DNA from: Dehalococcoidia bacterium
GTDB taxonomy: Bacteria > Chloroflexota > Dehalococcoidia > Lucifugimonadales > UBA3495
DNA length: 64,000 nt
NCBI GenBank assembly: GCA_965203855.1
Contig: CBDBDN010000009.1
Span: 180,208 to 244,207 of the forward strand
Direction of reading: 5' to 3'
Below, piece after piece: positions 63,604 through 64,000 of the stretch. A program made the translations under genes and the position numbers. The stretch's first letter is position 1, and each line of letters begins with the position of its first letter. The notes beneath the pieces are model-generated. The model was not told the DNA's origin. It saw only the letters and a list, made by a program, of their open reading frames with translations, and ran no database searches.

Positions 63604-63891
63604 AGCGATATAGTATCACTATTCCGGGGAGGTCTCACGCCGGCCCTCTCGGTGGGGGAGCGCGGATGATGGCATGGATGGAGGGGATGGATGGGATTTT
63701 GGGCATTCGGGGGATTACACCGATAGACAGGATGGACGGGATTTTGGGGCCTCCTTGTGGGATTGGGGGTTGGGGTCGGGTTGCGATGTCGGGTTGTCGG
63801 GTTGGGGTTGTCGGGTTCAAGGTGGTCGGGTGCGTTGGGATTGGGTTGGGTTGGGATTGGATTGCAGTCTGCCAGGGTTTGCGGTCGCTTA

Positions 63892-64000
63892 TCAGCCCTA
63901 CGGCCGGAGGATTTGCGCGTTGCTTTTCACGCGGCTGGCTTTTCGTCCGGGGACGGGGCGCTACGTCTGGCGCCTTGGCAGGACCCGACTCCTTCGGTTA
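63892..64000 (+). repeat. copy B of the roughly 109-bp conserved intergenic element (runs to the window edge)
   Basis: Aligns to 9456-9565 with 5 mismatches. Confidence 0.85.

Noticed and set aside
63635-63820. 61-aa Pro/Ile-rich ORF on the minus strand in the G-rich repeat region.
   Set aside because: It is a translation of degenerate G/T microsatellite DNA, with no start context and no motif.

Overview
High-GC (about two-thirds G+C by eye) bacterial chromosomal window, mostly housekeeping and metabolic genes broken up by several small lower-GC accessory inserts. Left to right:
- **1-9.2 kb:** cell-envelope polysaccharide cluster with glycosyltransferases, two Wzy/O-antigen-ligase-like membrane proteins, an epimerase and a GT39/ArnT-like protein.
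- **10.7-12.8 kb:** low-GC two-gene nuclease-like cassette directly downstream of a four-tRNA cluster (Val-TAC, Arg-GCG, Leu-CAG, Val-CAC).
- **13-24 kb:** assorted metabolism (CoA-transferase, ribokinase, NUDIX, ComF, PurM-like, threonine dehydratase, formamidase, TPP enzyme).
- **24.3-28.9 kb:** accessory insert with a toxin-antitoxin-like pair, a tandemly duplicated membrane-protein gene and a solitary 969-aa N6-adenine methyltransferase fusion.
- **29-37.8 kb:** TPP enzyme, small-protein plus retropepsin-like protease pair, ADP-forming acyl-CoA synthetase, three tandem CitE/HpcH-like lyase paralogs.
- **38.0-41.8 kb:** 1252-aa CHAT-like / STAND NTPase / TPR protein.
- **41.9-51.4 kb:** hydrolase, VapBC, F420-type LLM oxidoreductase, PrpD-like protein, ECF sigma/anti-sigma pair, tandem-domain ThyX, SAM methyltransferase.
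- **51.4-58.7 kb:** another TPP enzyme, a small hypothetical gene and a 2-oxoacid dehydrogenase operon (E3-E1a-E1b-small ORF-E2).
- **59-64 kb:** Tat genes interrupted by a roughly 112-bp tandem repeat array, and an RlmD-Maf fusion gene.

Best candidates for something undescribed:
1. The CHAT-like/STAND/TPR protein, in which both protease catalytic positions look substituted.
2. The tRNA-adjacent PD-(D/E)xK plus DUF429-like cassette.
3. The solitary methyltransferase fusion island.

At least five genes carry single-base frame disruptions, several of them at short homopolymers, and tRNA-Leu has an 8-nt T-loop. Homopolymer indel errors in the assembly are therefore as likely as true pseudogenes. 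No rRNA, CRISPR array, transposase or integrase was seen. All functional calls rest on motif recognition by eye. No database search was run.
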